A stretch of DNA of 64,000 bases from Lama glama. Lineage: Eukaryota. The stretch's first letter is position 1. Each line of letters starts with the position of its first letter. Positions 11,621-24,611 of the stretch are shown here, piece after piece. The notes beneath the pieces are model-generated. The model searched no databases, was not told the origin of the DNA, and worked only from the letters and a program-made list of their open reading frames with translations. The DNA lies in assembly GCA_028534125.1 (NCBI GenBank), contig CM052816.1, positions 88,662,001 through 88,726,000 of the forward strand. The letters run 5' to 3'. A program made the translations under genes and the position numbers.

Positions 11621-13080
11621 CCTGTCTCAATATCTGTCCTTTATGTAAATACTTCACCTCACCTGTGAGGACACCAGGTCCTTGTAGGAAGGTATATTTC
11701 TCTGCAAGCCTATGTGAGTGATTTTAAATTCTGAAGCATCATAAATAAGATACTCATACTCTTTTAGAATCCCATTTTTTTTATTAAGCCTATGTTTTAT
11801 TTTACCTTTGAAATAACTTCTGAAGGGTCCCATCTTTATGTGAGACTCTCAGTCTAATTTGTTCTATGTGGTACAAACTCAGTACCTACTCTCCCATGCT
11901 GACATAGCTACAAATATCCTGTTCTTTGATGACTAGGAGATCACTCAGTCCCATATAAAGCATCAAACTTTCGTACAACTTTCATTTTTAGTTTCTTCTT
12001 TTCTGTTATTTTCCTTAAATTCCAGGTCCTGATTTAAACAGGATGTTTATTTTCTTACCTCCATCATTTTGTATTTCATTGTGTGAGGATTCTCTGAGTA
12101 TCCAGTGCTCATTCAGATTAAATAATTCTCCATCAATCAGCACAACAAAGCAGTTATATTGTTAAAATATATACTGTGTGGCAAGTCAATATGATTACAT
12201 TATACCTGAAAATGTAAAAAAATATATTTACCCGGTTATTTTCTTTTCAAACATGATTAATCTTTTATATTTTATTTTAGTAAAATAGTAAAACTAAAAC
12301 AATTCTTTAACATTTCCTTAGTTCATAAGTTTACTAGAGTGATTGTAACTGCCCATTTTACATTTTAAACACCATAAACATATACATTTTATGGCTTATA
12401 AGTTCCATGTATACAAGTATACAATTTTCATTTTCTTTTATCAAATTTATTTCACTCATATTTCAGAGTATCAGAAAACTCAATTTCTCCATATATGAGT
12501 ACATAACAAAATTTTGATTTTAAATTAGTTTACCTTTTAGTAAACTCTCAGTGAAATTCACCCCACACACACACACCCCTACTTGCTTTTCTCTCCCTCT
12601 TCCTGTTGGAAAAGATCCAAATTCCAGGGCCCTAGGTATTATTTTATGGTATTCAGAGACGGACAGCTGGGCCCAGGTCACCTCTGCGCTGTCTTCACTG
12701 TCTTCACTTGGTGCTGTTGTCCTGGGATACAGGGGACGGAGAAGGGCTGAGACGGGCGATCTGCTCTCCAGCTGCTACGGGCTCACTGCTGACGCTTTCC
12801 CACAGGGACCCAGCTCACACCTGCATGTACCTTGGGTTCTCAATACCAGAGAATTAGCTGTGAGTTTCAACCACTTTACACTGTAATCACCCGCTCGGAA
12901 GGCAAAACACACACCTCTCCTTTCTCAGTCCCTTCCAGACTGCACCCTAGTGTGCAGGAACAGGTGGATTCACCCTCGAGTCGTACAGGACAAAGAAAGA
13001 AACAAAACACGGGCATAAGAGGCAGTTATTTCAAATCTTAGGAAGCCTCAGTCTCAACCTTCCTAACACACAGTTCCACC

Positions 13081-13253
13081 CCAGGCTGGCTTCATGGGGG
13101 CACCACCTGTGCAGCTGCCCTGGGGCCCAGGCTCAGAGATTCTCACAGCCTAATGCTCTGCTGTCATCATCCTGAAGTCCTTTTTGATTTTTGAACCAAG
13201 AGACCTACATTTTTATTTTGAACTGGGCCTCACAAATTCTGTAGCTGGTGCTG
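13081..13253 (+). mobile_element. MER53 non-autonomous hAT DNA transposon
   Basis: CAGGCTGGCTTCATGGG..CCTGTGCAG..TAATGCTCTGCTGTCATCATCCTGAA..TTTTGAACTGGGCCTCACAAATTCTGTAGCTGGTGCTG matches recalled MER53. Degenerate 8-bp TSD GTTCCACC / ATTCTACT. Confidence 0.8.
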
Positions 13254-13588
13254 ATTCTACTTGTAGCTATGTCATTAAAATCCTCGGAAAGGCCATCTTC
13301 TAGAGATCAAGACAGAAAATAATGACTAGCCCCATGTTCTTGATCCTCTAAATTTCCCCCAGGACGTCTTTCACCATTCCTGTGGAAAATGGCCCAAACT
13401 GATTTGAAATTATCTTTCATACCTTCAGCCTCTTCTGTTTTCCTTCTCTGTGAGTGCTTTCAAGCCTCCCACTTCTTGAAAGGATTTATTGCATCTCTGT
13501 CACTGGGGAGCTACTCCTCATCTTATCATTTGGTGGCTTTTACAACTTGTGGCTGTATTCCTCCTGCCTGCCCCCCTTCCCCCACCCG

Positions 13589-13590
<2 letters not shown>

Positions 13591-13625
<35 letters not shown>

Positions 13626-13629
13626 ATAC
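13591..13629. repeat. (CA)n microsatellite
   Basis: Directly visible. Confidence 0.95.
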
Positions 13630-14150
13630 AATCACGATTAAATACACACAGTCAGTGAATTCCACTGACTCAGATGTGGAAATTAGGGTGGCGACAACAA
13701 CAAAAAACCTTTGAAAAGTGTTAGTTTTGATCATTATTAATGTTCTTTTCTAAAAAATGAAATATATCTGCTTTTGATCTCTTACTTTAACTGCCATCAG
13801 AATTGTTCAGTTGAGATTGTGCTTTAAAAAAAAAAATCAAGAGTTCAAGCTCTTAGAACTTGATCAATTTGTAAAGTCTCCTAGAGTTAACTCTCCTAAG
13901 GGACAAACCTTAATCTACGTTGTGATGCTAAAATGTCACTGATCTTTGACATTAAAAGCTGCCACATCTTTCTAAAGAAGAGAATTATCCCAATGATGTG
14001 GCAAGATTTTCCCATTTTGTCACTCTGTACTGCTCCAAAGATGAGCTGTCAGGAGAGTACGCCACAGAAATTTCTCCATGCCTTCCTCTATCCCTACACA
14101 AACCACTCTCTATTTTATACTGTGCTTGGGGAGATCTTTTTATCAGTACC

Positions 14151-14651
14151 TGTTTTCATTTTCTATTGCTGCTGTAAGAAATCAGTATAAAATCTGTGGC
14201 TTAAAACAACACAAATGTATTGCCATACAGTTTTGGAGGTCAGACATCCTAAATGTGCCTCATGTGGGTAAAACCAAGGTGTCCTCAGAGCTGCATTTAT
14301 TTCTGGAGGCTCTAGGAGGGAGTCCATTCTCTGGCCTCTTCCAGCTTCTAGAGGTTGCCTTGGACCTATGGGTCGGGCTCCCCCTCCATCTTGAAAGCCA
14401 GCAACGGCTGCTCAAGTCTCTCACCGCGTTACTCTGACACTGATTCTCCGGCCTCCCTCTTCCATCTTTTGGGAACTCTTGTGATCACATTGTACCCACC
14501 CAGATAATCCAGAGGAATCCCCCTATTTTAAGGCTAGTTGGCTTGCAGCTTGAACTTCATTTTCAACTTTAATCCCTTCATGCCGTGTAGTCACAGGCTC
14601 TAGGGATTAAGAGATGGAACCCATGTGGAGGGCATTGCTCTGCCTACCATA
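14151..14651 (-). mobile_element. MLT1D-like solo LTR (MaLR), full length
   Basis: Antisense MLT1D motifs CTATTGCTGCTGTAA..GTGGCTTAAAACAACACAAAT..TTCTGGAGGCTCTAGG..CCAGCTTCTAGAGG..CTGCCTACCATA. 5-bp TSD GTACC (14146-14150) / GTACT (14652-14656). Confidence 0.9.
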
Positions 14652-15389
14652 GTACTTTCTTTTTTTACATAATTTGCTGAACATAAACATTGGGATTGAA
14701 TTAAAATTGGGGAATGAATTCATCCCAGTTTTTATGCTGCCTCAGGTGAAGGTCCTAGAAAGAAATTCAGTATTTTTACAGTGAAGGGCAGGCAGCCAAG
14801 CGGTATAGCATATCAGTGTCAAACATTTACATCAGCCATCATGTTTGTTTCAGAACTGTAGTATTCAGGAATTCAGATAATTCCAGTCTAGATTAGTATT
14901 TCCAGAATTTATATTTTTTATATTAGGGAATGTAAGTTTCAACGAAAAGTATTTTGCTTTAATTATTCTCACCTATAGTCATGAAATTTTTATAAATTAC
15001 TTTTTTCAGACTGGAAAGGAAAATGTAAATATTAGAAATGAAAATGTAAAAAAAAAGTGATAGAAAGTTAACATCAAATGAATTTAGTTGGAAAATGGCG
15101 GTAAGCTATATAACACCCTTTTTTCTCTCAGACATATCTTTAGGTTGTGTGATACAGAAGGAAGAATGAATGAGCATGAGGTTTGGTTTCCTTGCCTCAG
15201 GAAATGTCATTATTCATTGAGTCCCCATATTCACCTAATTTTTACTAAAGGTAGTAATTCTACCTATCTTTGAAACAATCGCAGGTAGAATTAATTAAAA
15301 TCAAGAACTCCTTCCATATCTCCTTAAGGGATTATTTGTGTTCAAATAAATGCCTGATAAATGCTTTTGGCAGGGTTTGGAGATGCCTG

Positions 15390-15390
<1 letters not shown>

Positions 15391-15432
<42 letters not shown>

Positions 15433-15464
15433 GAGAGAGAGAGAGATGTAGATATAGATATAGA
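15391..15464. repeat. Compound (TG)n(AG)n(ATATAG)n microsatellite
   Basis: Directly visible. Confidence 0.95.
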
Positions 15465-15745
15465 AATCTGTATGTATGTAGTATGTATATTTAAAGATAG
15501 GCAGATTCAGGAGGCGACTTGAAAATTTCCTGTCATTTTATGTTTTAATATTGACATGTCTCATCCAAAGGAATAAATATCAGGCAACTGCTATAATTTC
15601 AGAATCTTGCTTTTTTTTTTTTAAGCAACTATATTTGCACTTGTAAAGAAGTAGAATGAGAACGATAATAATGTGCCTAAATATATATACGTGTATGTCA
15701 TGGAAAGTTAACTGTTATATTGTTAAATGCTATTGTTAACTACTG

Positions 15746-16169
15746 TACTAGTCAAACCGCATAAGAGAAAAAGTCAACAATCCAAATGGCATAAGACAAT
15801 AGGCGTTTATTTTTCACAAATTTGAAGGTCAGCTAGCGTAGCTCTTTTTCTGCCTCCATTTTAACCAGTGTTGCTCTGCTTTCTGTGTATCTTTCTCAAT
15901 TCTGGTGAACTGGGGCTAGTCAGGATGGGCACGCTTTTCTAAGGGCAATGACAAAACATACTTCGCAAGCACATTTCAAGGCTCTGCTTGAATCAAGGGC
16001 TAACATTTTATTATTGGCCAAAGCAAGTCACATGCCTGACCTCAAATCAAGAGAAAGCTACTTCACTCTACTTCTGGATTACTAAAGGAACTACAAAGTT
16101 TCATGGCAAAGAACATGCATAGAGAAAAGGATAAAAAAAAAAATGGAGCTAGTAATTTACTCCAGTGCA
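15746..16169 (-). mobile_element. Old MLT1 (F/G/H-like) LTR
   Basis: CACATTTCAAGGCTCTGCTTG..ATTGGCCAAAGCAAGTCACATGCC..GGAACTACAAAGTTTCATGGCAAAG. Confidence 0.7.
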
Positions 16170-16357
16170 ATTTCACTTTTTCTCTTTAATTCCACAGATA
16201 AAGAATTTGGTGGTGATTGAATTACTACTACTGTACAGTTAAAACCAGAACTTGTCTCATTGAGAGATCTTCTATTGATGACAGCTACTAAATCATCAGA
16301 TTAAGTTTTCCTTAAAAAGACACATCTGCTTTTTGCAATATTTTTTGTGATGAGGAT

Positions 16358-16555
16358 GATAATAACTATGGAAAGTCATTGAGCAGTTTCTGTACAGGAA
16401 GTAATTTATTGAGTGCTTCAGATTGGTTATATAACTTAATCTCTTTAATGACCTGTTTCCTCCATACAGATATAAGTTCCGAGGCTTATATATTTTCCTG
16501 CCCAGTGACACACATTTATTATGTATTAGGGCTGAAATATTAATCCATGTCTTCA
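16358..16555 (-). mobile_element. MIR SINE, degraded
   Basis: ATAATAACTA..ATTGAGCA..TTAATCTCTTTAATGACCTG..ATACAGAT..CGAGGCTT..TGCCCAGTGACACAC resembles the antisense MIR core. Confidence 0.5.
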
Positions 16556-17629
16556 CTATGACTAAATATTTTAAATAATATTTTAAAATATTTTACCTGA
16601 AGTATTTCCACAATATGTTATATCTGCTTTATGAGTCATATTCTTTTTATTCTGTTCTGTGGATTTCTCTCTTTGTCTGTGTAGAGAGGAAGGGGAGAAA
16701 AAGTAGAATATAATGGAGTGATGCTTCCCCTCCCGAATATTCCTGACAGTCAGTCCAGTGAGGAATAGATATAGATTACTGCTTGAAAAATCAACTCTGG
16801 AAATGTGCAAGCAAGCCTTTTGTTTAATGTGATAGGTCTCCATGTGGAATTTAACCATTCAAGAGATTTTTTTTTTAAATGCCTTGCACTTTAGCAATAG
16901 TATGCAGGTCAAATATATTTCAAGGAAAACTAGTTTTTTTTTTAACTGTTGTTTTATCCGTTTGTTCATTTTTCCATTTTCCATATCAGATATTCACATT
17001 TAATGTTATTCTATAATACAGTTTTTTTATAATACAACATTTTAATTAAATAAACTGTTTATTTATTGAGTGTTTAATATATGACAGGCTCTCTTTTAAA
17101 AGCACTACACGTTAGCTTTTGTGTGCTTCACAGCAAACGTATGAGGTACAATGGCAAAAACAAGCCCATGGGAATTAAGTAAGTTTTTGGAGTTTTCCAA
17201 CTGGAAGTGGCATAGCTTGGTTTCAGATGCAGGTAGTTGAATTCTACGGTTCAAGGTATTAATTGTTGCACAATATAACCCTTTCAGAGAATAAGACTTT
17301 GCAGAAACGACAGGGTCCTCAACCCCATCATCTTCTACTAGTTGCCAGACAAAATCATGGGATATTACATACATTCCTGATACTGTTTTTGTTCAGATTA
17401 CTTAGATAAATTATATCAAAAAGGTAAAATCTTTTAAATGTTAGAAATTCCTGACATAGCTATATAATTGGTAATGATGGATGTTAAAACTGTATGTCTG
17501 AAATGTAAAGAAATTTGTATTATTAAAAGAAATATGCATTAACTTTCTAGGTAGGGAATGAGTTCTAATGGCCACTTAGATGGGTTCAATATTAGTTCCT
17601 ATTTTTGCTGAGATTTAATACATACTCAG

Positions 17630-17732
17630 ACATTATATAACACTTCCATCAAGTATAAAATAGATTACCTTCCACAAGCTGGGGGCAAAGGCCAGACCTT
17701 TCTTTGAGAAAGGCTAAATTTTTTACTGCACA
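17630..17732 (-). mobile_element. LTR terminal fragment (MER21-like)
   Basis: GGGGCAAAGGCCAGACCTTTCTTTGAGAAAGGCTAAATTTTTTACTGCACA resembles a recalled MER21 terminus. Confidence 0.45.
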
Positions 17733-18149
17733 GATAGGAGAGACTGAAATTAGCTCCATTTGTCCTGTTGCCATACTTTCTCCCTTCCCATTCTGAGTAG
17801 TGATCTCATACTATGTATCTTATTATATTATATATTTTATTCTATATAAATTTAGAAAATTACAGTAATGAAAACGTTGGTCATTTTTACCTGTAATGAA
17901 AATATTTGAATTTTTGCCAAGATTAAAATGTATCATTACTGTAGTCTATATTATATTATTGTGGTAACTGTAAGATTACTCTGATGAAAATAATACGCTA
18001 TTATAAGTAATTTAATCTTACAAAAACACATTTCAACATTCCAAGCAGAAAATTACCATAAAGCAATTATTAAAACATCTGCTGCTAAAATTCACATTTT
18101 TATTTTCTTTTAAATTAAGAGCTCCAAGTTCCCCAAGTGTGCAATTCTG

Positions 18150-18240
18150 TGTACATATATATGTATTTGTATGTATGCATATACATACTTGTATACATAT
18201 GTACACACATGCATACATATACATATTTCCCATATATATG
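18150..18240. repeat. Degenerate (TA/CA/TG) low-complexity tract
   Basis: Directly visible; accounts for spurious ORFs 18033-18248 and 18171-18500. Confidence 0.8.
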
Positions 18241-19581
18241 AAGTACAATTTATGATATTTAGTAAATATGTAAGGTTTGTATTTCAGTATTTTGCATCTT
18301 ATCTCACAATTTGGGACAATAGAAATAGTTTAAAAGCTGGTCCCTTTTCCTCTTCAATTTTTAATTCTTGGAAGAGAAAAAAATCTGTTGTAAATATCCA
18401 AGCCCTAATCTATGTGCTTGGCATGTTTTCTGTGATTATGTTGTTGTACTGCCAATTTCCAAGACTGTGGAGTGGGCATGCCTTTTTTTCCCCCTTTTAA
18501 GTACTAAAAATTAAAATTACTGGTTTAAAACAGTAATCACATTTTGGCTTTGTCAAATTAATTAGCAGCTTCAAATTGATAAATGGCACAACTTTTGAGT
18601 TTTTTTCATACTGAATGCATACTGAATGAATGTATGTCCTGCCTACAATTTTATTTTTGAAACATTTGTTTTTGAAAGAAAAGCATCAGAAAATCATGTA
18701 TGTGAGTGTGTATGATGTGTGTGTATGTAGGCATGTGTGTGTGTACTTTTAATTTTTTTCCAAAGGTAGGTTTATGTCTCAGATGATTTTTTAAATTTTG
18801 TGCTTGAACTATAGGGATGAAATTTTTGCAACCAGATACCTAGTCCTGAAACTCTGAAAAGCCCATGTGTCTTTTTTTTAACCCAAATCAGTTTATGATA
18901 CCTTTGATCACACCACACTGCTAAAGGTCAAAGCACTTTTACAGAAATATGGGTACTTTAATGTCAAACCAGAAAGAAGCACTCTCCCATATTAAAAAAA
19001 GAGTTACTAGCAGGTAAAATAACTCCCACGCAGGCCTTGAAATGTTATCCTTGTGATCATCTATCCTTTAATTAATTAGTTTATTTTTGAAGCCTTTCAT
19101 ACAGAGATGGTCAGATCCCTGGACAGTTGGTGAACTTTCTAGATTTTTTTCATGCATTATCACATCCCAAAACACTGTCAGATAAGCATTTTTCTATGTT
19201 ATTTTAAGCAGTTTTTGTTTTTAAGATAAAATGAGGACTCTCTCAGTTAGTTTTTGTTTTGAGTAATCTGTTTGGAGAAAAACATGAGAAATTTTTCAAT
19301 GAAGGTGATTGATTTCTCACTTAACTGTCCTAGTCTTGTTAATTTTAAACGTAGGTGTGCTCTACCTGTAAGCCCCCTTGAGGTTACTACTCTTCATTAC
19401 AAGGCAAGGAGGGAGAGGTGATGGACTGAAAGCTTTCAGTCTCACCAGCTGTCCTTTCTTGCTTTAAGTGTTGGAGAGAAAGAGGGGTGTGTGAGCAGGC
19501 CAGTGTAACAAAGTTTCTCTACCGGTAAGTCCTTTTAAAATCCCAAGAGGAACTCCCAATCTGTCCCTTTCCACCTGCTGC

Positions 19582-19657
19582 GTGCTATACACCAGAAATT
19601 GACACAACATAGTAAACTGACTATACTTCAATTAAAAAAAAAGTTAAAAAAAAAAAA
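19582..19657 (+). mobile_element. Short lineage-specific L1 3' tail with poly(A) (camelid-type)
   Basis: TGCTATACACCAGAAATTGACACAACATAGTAAACTGACTATACTTCAATT followed by an A-rich tail. Nearly the exact reverse complement of 59561-59615. Confidence 0.8.
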
Positions 19658-21639
19658 GAGGAGAAGACACTCAACTATCTTCATCAGCAAAATGAGGTGG
19701 ATAGTAGTTTGACTGACTATAGGAGATAACTAAGCGTATCTGTCAGTAAACGTTGTGTGTACAACCTCCACAGCTCCAGCCTCAAGAATATAACCCTGTG
19801 ATCCACACCCATAAGCTGGTGGAATTTTGTAATCTTTTTTCACTTATTTTTCATATATTTATCAGCAGTTTATATTAGGTACCTCCCAAAGGTACAAATA
19901 GCTTCTGTTTTTTTGTTGTTGTTCTTTAACAATAATTAACAAAGTATACATTTTAAGAAACTAAGACATTAAAAATATTAAAATACTTTTTCTGTATCCA
20001 AAACAATTGCATTATATTAATTTTAACACCCCGACTTCAATCTTTTTCTGGGAGGAGGTGAGACTTTTTATATAACTGTGAGAAAGTTTGAATACTCACC
20101 TTTGTGGGGCAAGTGACTGCTAGTTTTGCCTACGACCTGCAGCCTGCTGCAGAAGGACCGTATGCCGTCTGCACATTTCTAACCATTCCTGGATCAAAAC
20201 ACATGGGCAGTGATAACATCTTTTTATACCTTTTAAAATGGCTTCTGCTTTAATAATAACATGAAATATTAAGCAGATAAGTTTTTTAAATATCGCACAA
20301 GAGAGTTCTAAGCATCACATATTCCCTATCTTGTAGTAAGATACATCTTTTTGGCAAAGGTGAACAATATTTGTGTGACTTTCTTGAGGCCAATAATTTA
20401 CTCCCATTTATTTACTTTTTATTATAGACTTTTTCTGCAAAAAGAGGAAAGAATTATGAAGTAACTATTGAATCTTAAGGGAATTCAGGCCTATACATGG
20501 GGATAGTCTAAACTTAATTTCCCTTTAGTTTTTCTAGAAATATTTTACAGGGAGTTAAGAACACCTTGATAAAGGAAACATAAAAAGTGTTCTTTGGTAC
20601 GTGCAAATAACGGTATAAAATTCTCTCTCTTGCCTGGGAGAAATGTTTTGTTCAAATAGAAAGTAAATGTTTATCTAAAATATATCACATTTAGAAATAG
20701 ATTGGATACAGAAATAGCAAACTTACATTTCCATAAATCATTCACATGAATTCCCAATATTTATGTCTATGATGCATTGCTCTTGTAACAGGAAGGACAC
20801 ACAGTCAAAAGTAGTGTTCACTGAGACCATTATTATCAGCAGTGTAACCTGCCATATTGTGATTAATTTTGCATGAAAATCCTAATGGCAACAGATACGT
20901 GATGATCATCTGATCCAAATACTCAATTATTGTACTAGGTGGAAGGATTTTCTTTCTTTAACTCAGACTATTATAAATATATAAATTGTATCTACTGAGA
21001 TTTAAATGAACCTGTATTCTGAATCAAATACCATAAAATATATATAATGAATTAAAAATACTACACTGGGTTTTCTGATATCAACCTCTAGCTTTCCTTT
21101 GGTTAAAGAACTGGTATCAATCAGAGTGCCTAAGGAAATGACATTAGTCCAATCTTTTTTTTTCTTTTTTGGCATCTAACATTCTTATATTCTATGAGGT
21201 CCTGTTTTCATGCAGAGTGTTTTCCTCAGGACCTTTATAGTCAGTTTTAGTTATTTTACACGTACCTGTTCCAAGCACATTCTTCAATATCTCTTCTTCA
21301 GCTTCAATTTCTGTGGAAATCTTTATTTCTCTACAGAGTAGTCTCAGAACGTGTGGTGTTTGAACTCTCTGTTTTCCTCCTTGTTGGTGTTTTTGTCTTC
21401 TTTCTGATTACTACACTGTTTTTATTTTTTCCCAGCATGGAAGAACTTCAGTGTCCTTTAGTGAACAGAGATGGAGCTTTTAGTTTTAAATACTTTCTAT
21501 AAAAAGAATTACTCTGCTTATTGAATAAGCTAACAGATGATCCCTCCATTATGCAGACCATTATCTTTCTATTATAGCACTATTAAATTGAACTCACTCT
21601 ATGGACACGCAGGTAACAACAGTGCATATTTAAGAAACT

Positions 21640-22255
21640 AATGTTGTAGACCTGAGCAGGAGAACAGCCTGCCTTGGGCCCTGAGCTTTAAAAGGTTCAC
21701 CATGGTGTTTCTTCTGGCCGTACTTCTCCCCATAGGACAAGGCATTTACAAGGCCAGGGATCCAGTTGGAGCTGATGACATCCACTTAATTCCTACCTTT
21801 TAGATCATGCTGTGGTACATTGAGACTAAGAATTCTGTCCCCAGAGGGTGCTGAGGCAGCTCCCAGGGCCCACATTCCTCTCCTCCGGCTCTGTCTCTCA
21901 TACAGTGTGCACAACTAGAGACCACAGTGGCCAGTAAGAAGCTGTTTGCAGGAGGCACGGTGTAGACTGAGCTTGGACAGGCCAAAGGACTCCCCAAATG
22001 TGTGCACACAAGACCTCTTATGGGACAGTGACAGGGGGCCAGCTTGCCCCATGTCCCCAGTATTCTGTTGAACTTTGAGGATCCAAGAATTCTAGTTCAA
22101 ATCTGGCTTTTATTAAGAAGGTATCTTTGTCAAAGTGGGAGAGCAAAGCATATTTTATTTTACAGTTTAACTTAATAACTTTTAAATATTGAAACATGTA
22201 TTATATGGTTCTCAATTATTATTCTTGCCTTGGGCCCTAAGAATGTTGAAACCTG
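21640..22255. mobile_element. hAT-Tip100 type DNA transposon remnant (MER115/Zaphod-like)
   Basis: GC-richer block with TGCCTTGGGCCCT near both ends (~21670 and ~22226). GAGGATCCAAGAATTCTAGTTCAAATCTGGC and terminal ATTCTTGCCTTGGGCCCTAAGAATGTT resemble recalled MER115. Confidence 0.5.
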
Positions 22256-24548
22256 ATTTAAATATTTCATTAGAAATAAGAGAGCAATCACATACACTCA
22301 CAAATAACAAATATAAACCTCAACCTAATCTCTAATTTTAAAATACAATGATATATTCCATTTAACATCTTATTTAGAGTGGAGCCCTTTTGACACCCCT
22401 GGTGAGTCAGTTTCAGTTCCTATTCAACAAGGTCCGTATTTCCTCAGGAAAAAAGCCTTCTGTTTGTATGTCAAAGCTTTATTTCTCAAAGATCCTAAGT
22501 TGTGAAAGCATAGGGCACATGTGTCTTAGCCATAGTTGTGTTTTGTTTTTTTTTTAATCTAGGACATATTAATAAGACGAAGTTTTGGTCAACCTTTATC
22601 TTTGGTAAACTTTAAAGTTTTAGTTGAGTCTTGCAGAAATTTAGTTGTTAATATTTGCTCCCTGTACACATACACACAGTTATTTCAAATAGAAACTGTA
22701 AGAATAGAAACTGGATGAATCAGGAATTGACATGGAATCCCAGTGATAAGTTGATAATACCCCCTTGGGCATTAATACTCGTGTAGGAGAACCCAATTAA
22801 ACACGTGCGACCCTTTAAGTGTTGCCCCTGTCTAAACAATTTGAACCTGTTTATGGATAATCAAGCTGGCAATATTTTGTTCATGGACTCCTGTATACTT
22901 CTACCAAAGTATTTCAGCATTTGCAATTTAGATGATGTTACACATTATTTGTCAAATCAGAACCTAATTTATTTTTTCTACGATGTTGAGGGTATATGGT
23001 GAATTTTATGAACGAATTGATTGACACTTAGGTTTGGAGAAGCAAGTCCTCAGAAGAAAGCTTAGGAATGTCTCTGATACCTTCTTTTCCCCCGGCTATG
23101 GGTTTATAACTGTTATGTTCAGATATAACTGGGACACCCAAGGTCCTTCCTTCATAACCTTCCACAGGAGACTGAGAATCATAATGAGACACATTAATGA
23201 AGCCCAGTTACCATCTGATAATTCTGTCATTAACACTTATTATCACATAATTAGATTGGACATTGGCCATCTCAGAGCCAATTTAAAAGAAAAAAAAAAT
23301 ACTTTATCTCAAGGAAATATATGAGAATAAAACACTGTGAGGAGTGCCTGAGTGACCATAAAGTTTTGGAGAGAGTGAGACATCTTATCATCTGGCCTAT
23401 TAACAGTTTGAAATGTCAGTAATGAAATCAACCTCTTCCCCACCTCTCCCTGTCTTTTGCATACGAGTTACCTGTTAAATCTTCTTCCATCTCAAACTGG
23501 AGCAGTTATCTCAGCAATGATATTTTTAGTGATGGGAGAAAATCATAATGGCTGTGGGTAATTGTTAGGAAGAATCAACACAACCATGAACTTTATAGGT
23601 CAAGGTATCTCTGTAGCTTGTGGGTATAACTGCATTTTGAAACAGATAACTGTGCCTCCCTTAGCATCTTTCTTTTTCCTATTTTATTTTGTGTGTGTGT
23701 GTGTGTAAGTTTACAAAGGTCAGATGCCAGTATAATCTAGAATAAGAGCTTTTGTGGCTGACCTTGAAAGGTTACTTTAGAGAAAATCTCATGAAGCAGC
23801 AGTACCCAAAGTGCTCTGGGGAATGTGGCTAAAATCTTATTACTTCCTAATAGAGCTTCTAACACAGTGGAAGTATAGAGTGTTGGATCTGTGAACACAT
23901 CTGAGGGCTTTGATCTCTATTTACTAAATAGAAATGGAAAGAGATCTCAAGATCGTATTTATACTTCTGAGGTCATGTCCAGGGGGCATCAAAACAATGT
24001 GAAAATTAATTCTGCCGTAATAGCCAAACTTGAAACACTTATTTAATGATTCATTAGAATAATAATTGTATTGCAAAATATTTGTAGTAGTGAAGGAAAT
24101 ATCACGGGTCTCATTTCTCTATTGACCGTGATACCATATTGAGCCTCCCAAAATCCAGAAACTTTTTATTGGCTATTTGTTCTACAAAACCATAAATACC
24201 CTAGTATGTATTTTTAGGAAAACAGTGAAGTTTAGAGTCCTTCCAGAATTACAGTAAGGGAATATTTGTGATACATTTTTCATTAACGTGGTTGACAACC
24301 TGAGTGAAAAATTGGTGACTAATATAAATAATTGCATGAACGAATCCCAGATATTTAATCTGTGAATGACTTAGAATTGTAATTGAAGCAATGTGAATAT
24401 TCCTTGTTTGAATGTAACCTAATGGCATTTACTTTTTCACTCTTATTAGAGAAATACACTTTTAGTAAAGCATTGACTAGTTTTATTTTTGAGACATGCT
24501 CATATTCTAGATTGTCAGTGCTAGAAATTTGCTACAATTTCTGTGTTT

Positions 24549-24605
<57 letters not shown>

Positions 24606-24611
24606 ATATAT
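24549..24611. repeat. Compound (TC)n(TA)n microsatellite
   Basis: Directly visible. Confidence 0.95.

Noticed and set aside
13837..13864. Small inverted repeat ATCAAG(A)GTTC..GAACTTGAT
   Set aside because: Short, imperfect, and expected by chance in 64 kb.
16171..16300. Strong acceptor TTTTTCTCTTTAATTCCACAG| as start of a coding exon
   Set aside because: All three frames stop within 45 nt and no convincing donor follows.
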